From the NCBI GenBank assembly GCA_036867785.1, contig CP145414.1, forward strand, positions 62,001 through 126,000: a stretch of DNA of 64,000 nucleotides, read 5' to 3'. How positions within the stretch are numbered: the first letter of the stretch is position 1; every line of letters starts with the position of its first letter. The DNA is from Plasmodiophora brassicae. Its lineage: Eukaryota. Positions 21,916 through 33,876 of the stretch are shown here, piece by piece. The notes below the pieces were generated by a model. That model saw nothing but the letters and a program-made list of their open reading frames with translations, ran no database searches and was not told the origin of the DNA. A program made the position numbers and the translations under genes.

Positions 21916-22790
21916 CCAGCAGCATCCTGGGCATTTCCTGGAAGGCCTGCTGCGCCGAATCCAGCGAGAGCACCTGTTCGCGTCGTCCCCATGGAGTCCT
22001 CGCAGGCGTCCCGTCGTAGAACAAGTCGTGCATTTCGATCATGTCATGGTCTCCAAATGCCTGTCGTGCAACGGGTTGTCGCGGACCGAGAGACAACAGG
22101 CACAGCCGGTGCCGACCTTCCATATGTCCCTCTTTGGTCCCTCACCCAAGATTCGTGTCCGTCAAGGACCTACTGGGAAACTGCCCAGTTCTGAGTGCGA
22201 CATGATCTGCTAGACCTACTCTCAACAGACACTGCACACCCGAGCAGAGGTGTACTATATTCCATTGCGGCGAACGAAGACGGGGCACTACTGCGCCAAC
22301 CTGACCTGGAATCACCTCCAGGCAAGCGTTCGAAAACGACGCAAGGACGGCCGACACGTTCGTTGTCATTCGAGCCGTCCTCGCTCGGGTCATCACACGA
22401 CTCGTCGTCCAGCAATGGCGAGCCCACGCTTCCGTATTCAAACCTGGGCGCGGTTCCGGCGCCGCTTCGAGTGGATCGCCGATCTCAGGGTCGGCGACTC
22501 CGATCAGGACGTCAAGCGAGCGCTGTGCCATATCGATATGTTTCTAAAGCGGGACCCACGCCACGACGACGCTCGACGATGGTATGCTTCGCTACAGGCC
22601 ATGTTATTGCACTCCGTTTCCCGGGAATAAAGGTTGATCGTATATTCAGATCAGGTGCATTGACTAACCTGCAGAAGCCTAAACCGACCGAGACGCCAAT
22701 GCGTAGGCGCAAACCAGCACCACGATTCCAATGGGACGGCCAGCAGCGACGCCCAGGACACACGCCAAAAAGTCCTCGATAACGAGGCGA
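21916..22790 (+). pseudogene. 3' part of USP-like gene, copy A
   Basis: (DIQ)QHPGHFLEGLLRRIQ, SKCLSCNGLSRTERQ, WARFRRRFEWIADL; homologous to ~30800-32210 on -. Confidence 0.5.
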
Positions 22791-23594
22791 AACTGGAAGA
22801 CGTGGACAGGGAACCGCTCATCGCGACAGCACCGGCGCGCGACCGACTGCAACGACGGGCACCTCGCCGACGGACCGATCGGGGCCCCACCTTCCAGGTG
22901 TAAATGTTGGACGGGAGACGGCAGGCGTGCCCTGCCCAGAACGTATTAGACGGCCTGGCTCAGTGCGTTACGCGAGGAATCGTACCGGTTATGGAGTTCC
23001 GTCGTGTCCGGCCAGACGTTCGGGGCTCGCTCAGCAGGAAGTGCTGTGATCGTAGTGGCTCCGATTATCAGCGCCGCTTGACGGCAGCGACGTCGGCGCC
23101 CGAGAGCACGCAGGGTCGCCAGACGCGTCAAGAATAACGTTTAGGACGGCGATCCGAGTGACGTGGTGGCATGGCTCTGCATGTGCCGTGCAACTGACGG
23201 CACGATGCCGTTGCTCAGCCAGGCCATATAGGAGACGTGGTACAGCTAGACGAACGATGACGGCTCCAACGGGCGACAGTCCTGCAGTCGGCATCCACCA
23301 GCCTTTCGATGGCCAGGTACAGACCATGGAGTGTGACTTGCACCGGCATTCGAAACGACGTATACCATACCGCACTCCCTTCCGAACCACCAACGAGCGT
23401 GTCCTTGTCAGAGCCGACGACAGACCCGCTAAAGATAACATTGCGGACAGGATACTGGCTGAGACGACCCGACGGCGAACGGTCGTTGTCAAGCCTAAGA
23501 ACTGCGCGACTGACCAAACTGGGACGTCCCACTACGGAGTACTACTGAAGGACTGTCGACTACTCATTCGCACAAACTGTCGCAACGGGTCGAG

Positions 23595-25478
23595 ATGGAA
23601 CCGTCCGCTTCTGCACAGATGTTCGGCATCGTCGTCATCGCCGCCCTGTCGTGCGGGTACGCCCTTGATTTGGACACGGACGCGTGGATGAATGTCTTCG
23701 CCTACCTGAAGCCTGCAGACGTCTCCCGGGCCGCTCCTGTATCACGGCCTTCGGCGGATGCTGCTGCATCGGTCTTTGCGTATGGCCGAGCCTGTTCGGA
23801 ACTAATCTTGTTTCGCGCCCCTTTACCAAACGCCACGTATCTTATCTCGTATGTCCAGTCGTTGGCCAATTGCAACAGTTCCCGGGCGTGGATGTACCGC
23901 CGTCAGATTGCCAGCGGGATCGTCAGTTCGCGCCGCCAGTTGCTCGTCCTCGAGCGTATCATTGTAGGCGGTCCATCATTTGACGTTATCATGGATGCTC
24001 TCATGATATTGATTGACGTACTCGGCGTATCCGGTCATCATGCTATCGCTATTGCGCTGAGGAATGCAAGAGACCGACATGTACGTGGAGACGCAAACTG
24101 GGAACAGTACTATATTTCTATCCTAGATGGACTACTGCAGAGGGGCGTATCATTTCAGCCGGTTCCTCCAGACATTAGGACCATGCTGTGGCAGCAATCG
24201 CGGGTCATGGCCGATCGTGTTTCCCCAAGTTTCACTGACACAATTAGTGATCTGCTGAGGAGGCATAACGTGTTGCCTGTGGATATCGACCTTTGCTCCA
24301 TCGCCCTGAACAACGATTTCCCCGATCCGCACATCGACGCTGACCTTATCCGTGTGCTTGCTGAACACGGTTTGCCATTCAGGTCGAAGGTAATCGACGG
24401 CGCCACCGGCCGGCAACTGCCCCGTATCAACCATGCAATCGCATGTAGCGACTCGGGCACGCTCAGGACGCTGCTCAGTCTGGGTGCTCAACTCTCTTAC
24501 GTCTCATTCCTCGCCGTGTCGAATTTTGACCGGATGGTCAACGAGCTGCCCACGTTCGTGCTCGACAGGCTGTCAATGCTGGTATCAAGCGCGGCATCTG
24601 TGGAAGACGTTTCTGGCGTTCTTGATCAATTCATGCGAGACTTCCCGTTCTATCCCTTCTCCTCCTCTGAGATTAATGCGCTGGTTGAAGCGATCGAGAT
24701 GAAGCTCCCGACAGCACTGGCGAGAGTCCTTGTTCTTCGGTCCCTCTGTAGCAGCGTCGTCGCCAGTATCGCCGACTTGGTAGTTCCCGCCACGTTTGCG
24801 ATGCCTGCGGACGATCTGGAACCATACCTATCGGATATGTTCCGGTTCCTGCATTTTGGGCAGTCGACGATTTTGCAGTTGAGGAATGGGAACCAAGTCA
24901 TGCTTCGTCGTCCCACGCGGGACGATGACATGCGGCTGATTCTGACTACAGCACCTCCCGACGCGGTCTATAACGCAATCACCAGAGAGATTCCATGGGT
25001 TGTGTCCTCCAATCGCCGCGTCGCTCGCTGCCTTCTGAAGCGATTCAAGAAAGACCCAGTTCGGCGACGGTGGATCGAAGGTCAGATGGGCCCGATGATC
25101 CCTGGACTAATGCCACCCCAAATGCCCGTTGCCGCTATTCCAGCACTATTCCCCATTATTGTAGTTGCTGGACTACGCACGCATGGCACCATCAGGAGAC
25201 ACGCGTTTCCTACAAAGGTTGTTATCGATGCGGAGGCACGCACGCGCCGGAAATTGATGGAGATGTCACTGAAGATAAAGAGGAAACTGTTCCTGCTCGG
25301 GACGACGGGGGCCATTGTAACCGCCATGGGCATGGCCATCATCTCTCGTCGGGCGTTTCGCAACGCCTCGACAGAGGACTCCCTGCCGGGCAAGGCGGTC
25401 CCGTCGAAGGCGATCGTGAACGGTGTCGAATGGACAGCTGTCGCCCTGGGTGCCCTCGGTGTCGCCATCCTCATCTGA
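23595..25478 (+). CDS. Putative secreted F-box-like, helical/ankyrin-like protein with C-terminal hydrophobic segments (627 aa)
   Basis: Uninterrupted ORF; MFGIVVIAALSCGYA signal; LDTDAWMNVFAYLKPADVSRAAPVSR F-box-like; INHAIACSDSGTLRTLLSLGA ankyrin-like. Confidence 0.65.
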   Translation: MEPSASAQMFGIVVIAALSCGYALDLDTDAWMNVFAYLKPADVSRAAPVSRPSADAAASVFAYGRACSELILFRAPLPNATYLISYVQSLANCNSSRAWMYRRQIASGIVSSRRQLLVLERIIVGGPSFDVIMDALMILIDVLGVSGHHAIAIALRNARDRHVRGDANWEQYYISILDGLLQRGVSFQPVPPDIRTMLWQQSRVMADRVSPSFTDTISDLLRRHNVLPVDIDLCSIALNNDFPDPHIDADLIRVLAEHGLPFRSKVIDGATGRQLPRINHAIACSDSGTLRTLLSLGAQLSYVSFLAVSNFDRMVNELPTFVLDRLSMLVSSAASVEDVSGVLDQFMRDFPFYPFSSSEINALVEAIEMKLPTALARVLVLRSLCSSVVASIADLVVPATFAMPADDLEPYLSDMFRFLHFGQSTILQLRNGNQVMLRRPTRDDDMRLILTTAPPDAVYNAITREIPWVVSSNRRVARCLLKRFKKDPVRRRWIEGQMGPMIPGLMPPQMPVAAIPALFPIIVVAGLRTHGTIRRHAFPTKVVIDAEARTRRKLMEMSLKIKRKLFLLGTTGAIVTAMGMAIISRRAFRNASTEDSLPGKAVPSKAIVNGVEWTAVALGALGVAILI

Positions 25479-26039
25479 ACAGACGCGGAGATTGCCTTTC
25501 TGTCATTTAAATATAAGCAGAGATCCCAAACGAACATTCAAACTGAAACGTGTGTGATACCTAGCGAGCTGTGTGGGTCCAGAGCTGAACTCAAAAAGGG
25601 CGTTATCCAGGCGGTCCTGCGACGAAAGCGACGCGACTGACCATCTCTGGGTTGCTGACCTCGTGGGCAGGGCGTTTCGCCATCTCATTACTCGACCCCT
25701 GCCTTGCTCGACGTCGACAATACCAGTGATTTCTCGTAGGAACCCACCGCCGCCTAAACACGGCACTTCAGGTAAGGGGGGCTCGTCGGTGCCCTTGATT
25801 GGCGACTGGCGCCGCCTCTGTGTCCAGCGAACACTGCCGTTCGGTGCTAGCTACCGCTAGGACAACCTGCATCGTCGGTGCACGCGTGTGTCGACCGTTT
25901 CTGCTTGTACTGGGCGGTTCTGCTTGTGGCAGCATTGATGGAGGCGGGTCGTCGACGGCACGCGGGCGTCCGCATGCCGATCAGAAGCAATCAGCGCTGG
26001 CTGCTTCCTGCCCAGCTGCTAAAACCTGAAGACCACGCT

Positions 26040-29000
26040 GTCAAGGGCAGACCTGGGAATTGCCTTTGACGAACGGAGGTTCGCGGAGTGAACAAAGTGG
26101 AGAATGCCGACCAGAACGCCTCCGTGTAGGCTATTCAGGAGAACGGAAGGATTGTTCATAGAGTAGAACAGTACTGAATCTGGCAGGACGCCGCTCACTA
26201 TCGACTTCTCGTCACAAAGCTTCCGTGTTCCACGATTTGAGCAGGATTAATAATAAATTTCTGCTTATCATAACGTAGCAACGTCAGATTCTATTTCGTA
26301 TTATTCTACATTGTATACAACGTCTACGCCTGCGGTCCGCCGCTGGGTGGTGATACGCAGTTCGCCAGTTTCGTCGGCTTCCCTGGCTTGCCGCAACGTG
26401 TGTCGCCTCGCTGCATCGACTTGCTGCTGCTCACCCCACGTCTTCTTCGTGCCGGGAAGGCTGCACAAACTGATGCGGCCAGTTCAATCCACCATCGGAC
26501 AGCACTAGCCCATCGTCTCCAACGCCCATCGTCGATACTCCTGTCGTCGATCATACGCGCCCGAGGATTCCGATTCATCTGATTCTGATTCGTCGTTTGA
26601 CTCCGAGCATGCATCATCGCCCGCCATCAAGATCCATGTTACCTATGATGCTGAATCAAACCTGTCCACTGTCGATTTTGGTGCCGGGGAAGCCCTCCGC
26701 CCGGTGCTCATGAATGCTTTGTCGAGTGCTCCGAAGCACTAGCGGCGTTGCTGAAAGCCCGCATTATCGGGTTGGTCAGGCCCTCTGCTAAGCCTAGCAG
26801 TGGTCTGCAGCAGACCTTTATTGTCGTCGACGAGATGTGCAAACCCTCCCTGTCCGACATCGCGTCTATTCGCATGTCTCAAGTTATGCATTATTCATCA
26901 AGGCAGCCAAAGTTGCAGTGCGTTGTGAATTTGTCGCTTAGGTAACACTCATCGGTTGCATTGCGTTCTATGGGATTCTGAGGAATTGTTTGCTTCCAGT
27001 TTGACAAGTTGGAGTGTCACATACCAGACTCACCGGATGATCATGCCCGCTGTGCCATCGACTCCATGATGGACGGGTACCGGAATTCGGCGTTCTGGAG
27101 CGTAAGCCGGCACTATTCACCGAGATGCGTGATTCGCGAACGCGCTTCGATGCGCTGGACATGACTTGCACATACATCGGGTATCGGTACTGTGATGAAG
27201 GACATGTTTGGTCTGCCCATATCTTGGACCGTGTTCGGCAGTCGTGTTGCCGAAAACGTTCAAGTTCCTGTTAGTATCTGTCAATGTTGTTACAGGTTCG
27301 TGCAAATGGTAAGGTCCTGTGCTCTTCTGACATTTCCACTGTGGCAGATTATATTGCAGTGGGGCTGCAGATTCCTGGCGGGAAACATGAATGAGCAGCT
27401 AAAACGATATTGACGGACTCAGGTGTACCTATCCCACACGTACAACGATTGAAGCGATGCATCCGTTTTTGAGGAAACGTTTGCTCCTTTCATGAGCGAT
27501 TTCTACCGGTAATTCACTTCATCTGCTTATTATCGCGTCCGTGTGATACTGTTCAACTGGGAAGTCGTCTTTCCCTTGGCAACATCTTTTGGCATAGATG
27601 GCGCAAGCGTAACGAAGTGGATGATCCAGTCCTTGATCCCGACGTTGCTCGTAAATCTCGCGGTGCAATCGCGGCTTCGTCATGCTCATTGGCCGAATGC
27701 CGGTCAGTTCCCCGAAACCGCTCCAGCATATTTTTCACCGGTTTGATATGCTTTATCACTACGGTATTCAGATTGTATGAGTAGAATTACATTCAATCTT
27801 CAGTTACAAGTCGTGGAGCACGACATTTCCTTCAAGTTTGCGGTCCCTTTCCGGGACGTGTCCGATGGCTCCCTACAGGGATGCACCTTCGCCACGTCTA
27901 CCAGGTACTCAGCGTCTCTTGAGCGCGTCTCCCAGTGTTCTGACATCAGCTCAAGGACATGATTATGTGGGACTGGCTAAAGGGCAGCCTTGTCCTCACA
28001 AGGGCGATCCAACGCCTGCAACCACTGTAACGTCGCGGGCATCTACTGTAGTGGCCGGAAACTGTTTCTGCATGTCTGGGGTTGTGTAGCGTGCATAGTA
28101 CGAACATGATCGTACTATTAAATCCGGATGCCAGGTACGCATCCGTTCTTTTCTGGGACGCATAGCGGCCTGCATCCGGATTTAATAGTTCATGTTCGTA
28201 CTATGCACGCTACACTGTCTTCTGCTAAACTTCGTGCCTCGCGGTTTTGATATCATCAACTTCATAGGCCATCGAAACTTCTATGCAGTGTACGCGAAGA
28301 ACCAATGGGGTAATTGACATGTTTACTTATGTGGAGGGGTACTTCGGACGGGCTGTCTTCCATTCTTGTTCAAGCCTCGATGTAACATGCAGCGACTGTC
28401 CGCCGTGGCACATTCCAAGTGGTGTTACACGGTGTCCTGCCTCTGCAGGTGAATCCTCTCTGTCGAAGCGACTGTACGTGGTCGTGGACTCTATCAAGTC
28501 TAGTGGCCTGCGGGTAACTGTCATTTCATGGAATAGTGACGCCGTATTTGATAAGTAAAGTTTAGGAAACGGCGATCGTCCTTCGAATTGCTTCGACTGG
28601 TCTGGCTGGAAAGGCCACAATACCGTGTTCTGGATCGGCGACCTCGGTGTCGCTGTATAGTGCGACCGGCTCGGGACACGGGTGCTGCATCGCAATCCCC
28701 GCACACAGTGGACTCGACCCAGTCAGAGTCCGACCCATGCCCCTGCTGCTCATTCGTGATGTGCGCCCACAACCACTCGAGGTGATATTGGGAGACTCAG
28801 TGTAGCTCGAGATGGCGCGACGAAGGCGAGCATCGTCGAGGTACAAGTGCGTCGGCCTTCTTGGCAGGTATCTGACTGTTGGCATACGAACACCGGCCTT
28901 GACGGGAAGCCCGTTCAGAGACTGAACGGTCAACGTCGCCCCGTCCTGGCCGTACTCGTGACTCGTTTTCGGGCAGGAGGAAAGAACCCTTGCCGCAGGG

Positions 29001-29160
29001 GCCGGTTGTGGCATACCTGTCAAGGAGAATGTCAGGGCGGCAATGACGCCCCAGCGAAACGCGCCTCGAAACGAAATGAAACCGTTGTATGCTGCGTATA
29101 TCAAGCATCGTTTGATGTGACCTTGTACAATCTGACGAAACAGTGGTGTTTATATGGAAA
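26040..29160 (+). mobile_element. Decayed CACTA/EnSpm-like transposase region, copy B (inverted relative to copy A)
   Basis: ~26170-28085 aligns with the reverse complement of ~14072-12350 (LKARIIGLVRPSAKPSSGL, ATSFGIDGASVTKW..LLVNLA); ~28560-28640 matches ~11405-11485. Confidence 0.6.
28084..28215. repeat. 132-bp MITE-like inverted repeat
   Basis: gtgtagcgtgcatagtacgaacatga..actattaaatccggatgc pairs with gcatccggatttaatagttcatgttcgtactatgcacgctacac. Confidence 0.7.
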
Positions 29161-29168
29161 CACACCAA

Positions 29169-29837
29169 CTCAGATTCGAATGGTTATAAGACAATTGGTC
29201 GACATCCTCTTCACTGAGATCATCGCGATGCCTCAGCCAGTCCATTAAATCGTTGTGGATTTTCATCGTTGGCTTCTTCTGCCTGCCCATCGACCTCAGA
29301 TATTCGTCACTGTGATATGTAGTTGTATACCTTTTATTACAGTGACGAATATCTGAGGTCGATGGGCAGGCAGAAGAAGCCAACGATGAAAATCCACAAC
29401 GATTTAATGGACTGGCTGAGGCATCACGATGATCTCAGTGAAGAGGATGTCGACCAATAGTCCTATAACCGTTCGAATCTGAGGAGGACGTCGATTGTTC
29501 AGCAACTCATCAGCACCCGTATGGTTTGAGTACCGTTCCCTTCCATGTGTGCGTGGAGATGTCGCCGTTCTTCGATTTCATCTTCGTCCACGAAGATGAA
29601 ATCGAAAAACGGCGACATCTCCACGAAGATGAAATCCAAGAGCGGCGACATCTCCACCAAGACGAAGCTCTCCAGACGCTCTATGAAATCCAAGAACGGC
29701 GACATCTCCACCAAGACGAAGCTCTCCAGACGCTCTTGGAACATGCTGATCAGTTGAGCCCGGAGCAGAGGACGTCGATTGTTCAGCAACTCATCAGCAC
29801 CCGTATGGTTTGAGTACCGTTCCCTTCCATGTGTGCA
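29169..29837. repeat. Fold-back (145-bp arms) followed by nested direct and inverted micro-duplications
   Basis: Arms 29169-29313 and 29339-29483; ~70-bp direct repeat at 29484 and 29768; short hairpin 29553-29624; repeated ggcgacatctccac units. Confidence 0.85.
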
Positions 29838-29871
29838 AATTTGAAACCAAATGCTTTACAGATACCAGCGT

Positions 29872-30230
29872 CTAGAGCTCCGTACCGACATAAACCTGGA
29901 TAGCTGGACTACTGGACAATACGGTTACCAAATAGCTGGTTGCCTGAACGAAAACAGGGTAGATTGCCCGCAGGTCGGCATTGGCAGCGGCAAATGACGT
30001 AGCTGGCAGGATCTCATGAAGGAACGATACCTTGCCAGATACGGTGGTCAATCTCATCCACTGCCTGAAATCGATATCAATAACGTCATATTTGCAGTAC
30101 TGTTTCAGCAGGCGACGCTTCAGCTGTGACGCCCCATGTCGACGACCTCCGACGTAACGATCGGGGCCGTGGATCTCGATTGCAAGGCCGGGGCCAGGGC
30201 AAATGATATCAATCAAATAGCCAGTCTCAT
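29872..30230 (-). pseudogene. RAP-domain protein C-terminal fragment
   Basis: IDIICPGPGLAIEIHGPDRY..SQLKRRLLKQ..VIDIDFRQW fits the RAP pattern; upstream part is broken. Confidence 0.6.
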
Positions 30231-30799
30231 CGCACTTGACCTGTCGATTTAGCGGGTGATTTGCTGAGTTAGAGGGTCTGGGAGGGCCTCCGATACCTTT
30301 TGGGATTCACGTTACAGTGTAACGTGAAACCCAGCGATTCGTGTCAGACGCCAGGTTCAGCGAGACGCCGCAGTGCTGCTGACGAACAGCCTGCGAGGCT
30401 GCAGAAAGGCTATAGCGGACACCACCATTCTAGGTCAGCGTCTGCCGCAATATTCGAAATATTGACGGCGGTTAACAGGCACTTGCGTCGCGCCCCACAC
30501 ACACACCACACTACTTCACTGTGCCGTGTTGCCCTCGGTAGCACATGTAACGGCTGCAGTATCCCATGTTCCTGGCGACGTTGCAGAGCCGTTTTCCTGC
30601 TGTGAGCGCGCTCGACTATGCTGTCTTCATGCCGGGTTTCCTGCCGCGCCTTCTCTGACGGATGCTGTCGAGTACAGGCGTTACGTACTCGCGATACCTG
30701 CCATGGACAAGTTTGCGGCATGTGAACAACATGGTCGTCGGTGCTATCGCGACGAACGGCTTTCCGTCCATGTGTTCCAGTTTCGCCTCTTTATCGAGG

Positions 30800-32420
30800 T
30801 ATGCTTGGCACGGGTCATGGGCGTCGCTGCTGGCCGTCCCGGTGGTATCGAGGCGCTGGTCTGCGCTAGCGCATTGGCGTCCCGTCTGCAGAGTGGCAGG
30901 CTTCTACAGTTATTGATGAACGTGCCCGAATAAATTGTTCACATTTATTCAACGGAGGCGGAACGTGATAACATCGCCTTGAGCGCAGCGTAGGTTCGTC
31001 CGGCCTCGTCGTGGGCGGGTTCCCGTTTGCGGAACTCGTCGATATGGCACATGCCCCGTCTGACGTCCAAGTCGGGGTCGCCGAGCTTGAGATCGTCGAT
31101 CCAGGCGAAACGGCGGCGGAACCGTTCCCACGACGAGTAGCAGAAAGTCGGGTCGCCATCGCTTGACGACGACCCGGGCGATGATGCCTCCGACGACGAC
31201 GAGCGGCTGAGTCGTCCCTGTTCGGCTCTGACGCGCTTGCCGGGAGGTGGTGCCGACTGACGATCGATGTCAGGTCGGCGCTGTAGCGAATCGACTTTGG
31301 CCGCTGACACTGAATATTCAGAAACTAAAGCGGGCAACCAGAGCGCGTGTCGTACCGGATCCATCGACGTTTGCACGCTTCGGCGACGTGCTCTTCTGTT
31401 GTTCGCACTGGGCGTCCGCGCCCTGTGTCGAAGCGAGGTTGTCACGGTCGGTGGACACCAGCTTCCCCGCGTGGTCGTAAACGACGCACAGCGCGGTCGC
31501 GCCCCGGGTCTCTGTAAGTGAGCGCGCACGTCATCGCCGTCGGCGACGTTGTGTACGATCTCACCATCGCGCACAAGAAGAACCGCTTCGTCTGCGCGTA
31601 GCGGCTCTCCTCGCTCAAACAGATGGCCACGAGCTTGCGTTGCCCGGCGGCCTGCGATGGCAAGCTGATGACGAGGCCGCACAGTTGCAGCAGAGTCTCG
31701 CCGAACAGGAACTTGACGGGGCAATCCACCTGTCAAAGTCGCACAGCTCGGGTCACTTTGCCGTTTTCGATCGATGCAAGCGTAAGCTTACCCTCAGGGC
31801 GTTGCCGGAATGGTCGGCATCCGTCCAGTGCATTGCAATGACGACCGTCCCGGACCACCGGGACGCCAGGGAGCTGGTGTAGGCCTCTGCTCGAGTGTGT
31901 CGAGTTGTTTGTGAGCAAGTCGAGCAGACCATGTCGTGCTCAGAGATGGGCAGTTTGCCCAGTAGGTCATTCACGGACACGGTCGTCGATGAGCGCCCGA
32001 ACATGGACATGTGGAACAGCGGTACTGTCTGACCGTGCTGTCGTTCGGTCTGCGACAACCCATTGCACCTCGTGCATTTGGAGACCAGGACGTGATCGAA
32101 ATGCACCAGATCTTCCATGATGGAACGCCAGCCAGACCTTGACGGGCAAGACGCGGCCACGTGCTCTTCGTGGATTCGGCGCAACAGGCCTTCAAGGAAT
32201 GTCCAGGATGGTGCTGCACATCCGAACAGTGTCGAACGACCCGTTGCAATGCTCTGGTCGCAGCAGCAGGGGGCATCGCGACGTTGTGCAGGAGTTCCGC
32301 CAGAGGGGCCACCCATGGGATGCTCGTGGTCGGGGCAGGCCGAGCGCTCGTGGCCGTGAAGAACGTCTGTGCCAGGAGCGAAGACCGCAGTGCTTGGACA
32401 GCAGCAATGGCCCATTCAAT
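30800..32420 (-). pseudogene. USP (peptidase C19)-like gene, copy B, frameshifted
   Basis: FLEGLLRRIH, SKCTRCNGLSQTER, MVCSTCSQ, LQLCGLVISL; uninterrupted at the position where copy A carries the LTR element. Confidence 0.5.
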
Positions 32421-33028
32421 GGGTTCAGAGCTAGCAGCGAAGCCGGACCGCAGCGGACGATCGGGAGGCGCTGACGGGAAGATGGCGGGCGCATCGGGCA
32501 GCTGGCGACGGGCGATCTAGGTAGGAAGGACAACGGTCTGCTGTCAGTGTACCGTCATCTCGTCAACACGGCGACGATGAAACTAACCGGAGTCGTTCGG
32601 GTTTCCTGGGGAATTCGTCTTGGCGACAATGTCAGACGCGAACGCGCCCCTTTTCCCTGTCGACCGGATGCTGAACGCCGACGCGCACCCTGGAGCGTGC
32701 GTGTTGGTGAACGAGCGCGACGCGTTGCTGACTTCGTCCGTGCCGACGATCGACGTCGACGGGATACTGGCTCGTCGTCGCCATCATCATCGATGTCGTC
32801 GACGTCCGTGTGTCCTGGCCGCCATGCGCTGTCCGATTCGGCACCATCGTCGTCGGGCGACACGTTGGCCGGCCCCTATGCATCATCTTGAACACGATAT
32901 CGGCCTTGGAGGCCTTCTTCTGAACGTGCACAGATCATCGAGCAGGGCGCCATGACCTGTGCGCCGGGCTGCCGGGGAAGTCTATCGCGCAGCAAACCAA
33001 ACAGCAAACGGAATCGGCTCGCTTGTCA

Positions 33029-33876
33029 TCACCGTTTGTTCCAGGCCTGATGGATCAGCACCGAGACGTTCAAAGCCCCGTCGAGAGCGTATGAACGCGG
33101 AGAACGTGAACTCGTCACATGGCGGTGATACACGCTGCGGTGCAGAACGCCACAAGATCTCAGTCGGTCATACGTTTCAGCCTCCTCGGCGAGAAGCAAG
33201 TTCTTCGCCATCATGTGTACGGTTAGGCAGCTGCTTACGCGGTCTCTCAGGCTCGCGTGCACCACCCAGATCAGGGCCGCGAGACTGTGTAACCGTCTCC
33301 TACAGCCGAGTTCGAGGACAAACCCCATGACGTCCAGGTACTCGTTCCGTCCGATAAATGACGGTCTGCCACCTATGCAAGCCAACTTCAGCATGTCGAC
33401 AACATTGAGGTCGACCCAGTACCTGGACAGCGACCTGGAATGTAGAACGAAGTCGAAACGGGTTCGTTCTGAAAACCAGGGCCCCAGGACTGACGCCGGC
33501 GTCATGGTATGGTAGAAGCGTCGCGGATTGATGCAGACGAATCGAGCAGCGCATTGAGGAGGTCTAGGGCGTCGGTCACGACCACCGGTTTTTGAAGCGT
33601 GGTAAACACATCATGTTCAGAGATCGAACGCCCGGTGCGATATCAGCTCGCATGGCCGCCAGCATTAGACCTGGGAACGGCCTGTAGAGCCAGTGCTTGT
33701 GGACGAAAAACGCGGACAAGACCTCCGATTCGAGGACGAGAACGATGCACCCGGAACGACGCGTTGCCCATGGCGAACTCGTACGTCGCGATCGCGTGCT
33801 GAAGGCCATCGACGGTGAACGTAATGGCGCCGCTGGCCGACGATAACAGACAGAGGACGGCGACCAGGCACAACAT
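33029..33876 (-). pseudogene. Fragmentary secreted/membrane protein gene
   Basis: MLCLVAVLCLLSSASGAITFTVDG signal peptide followed by out-of-frame fragments; start resembles the 7TM family at 2898. Confidence 0.3.
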
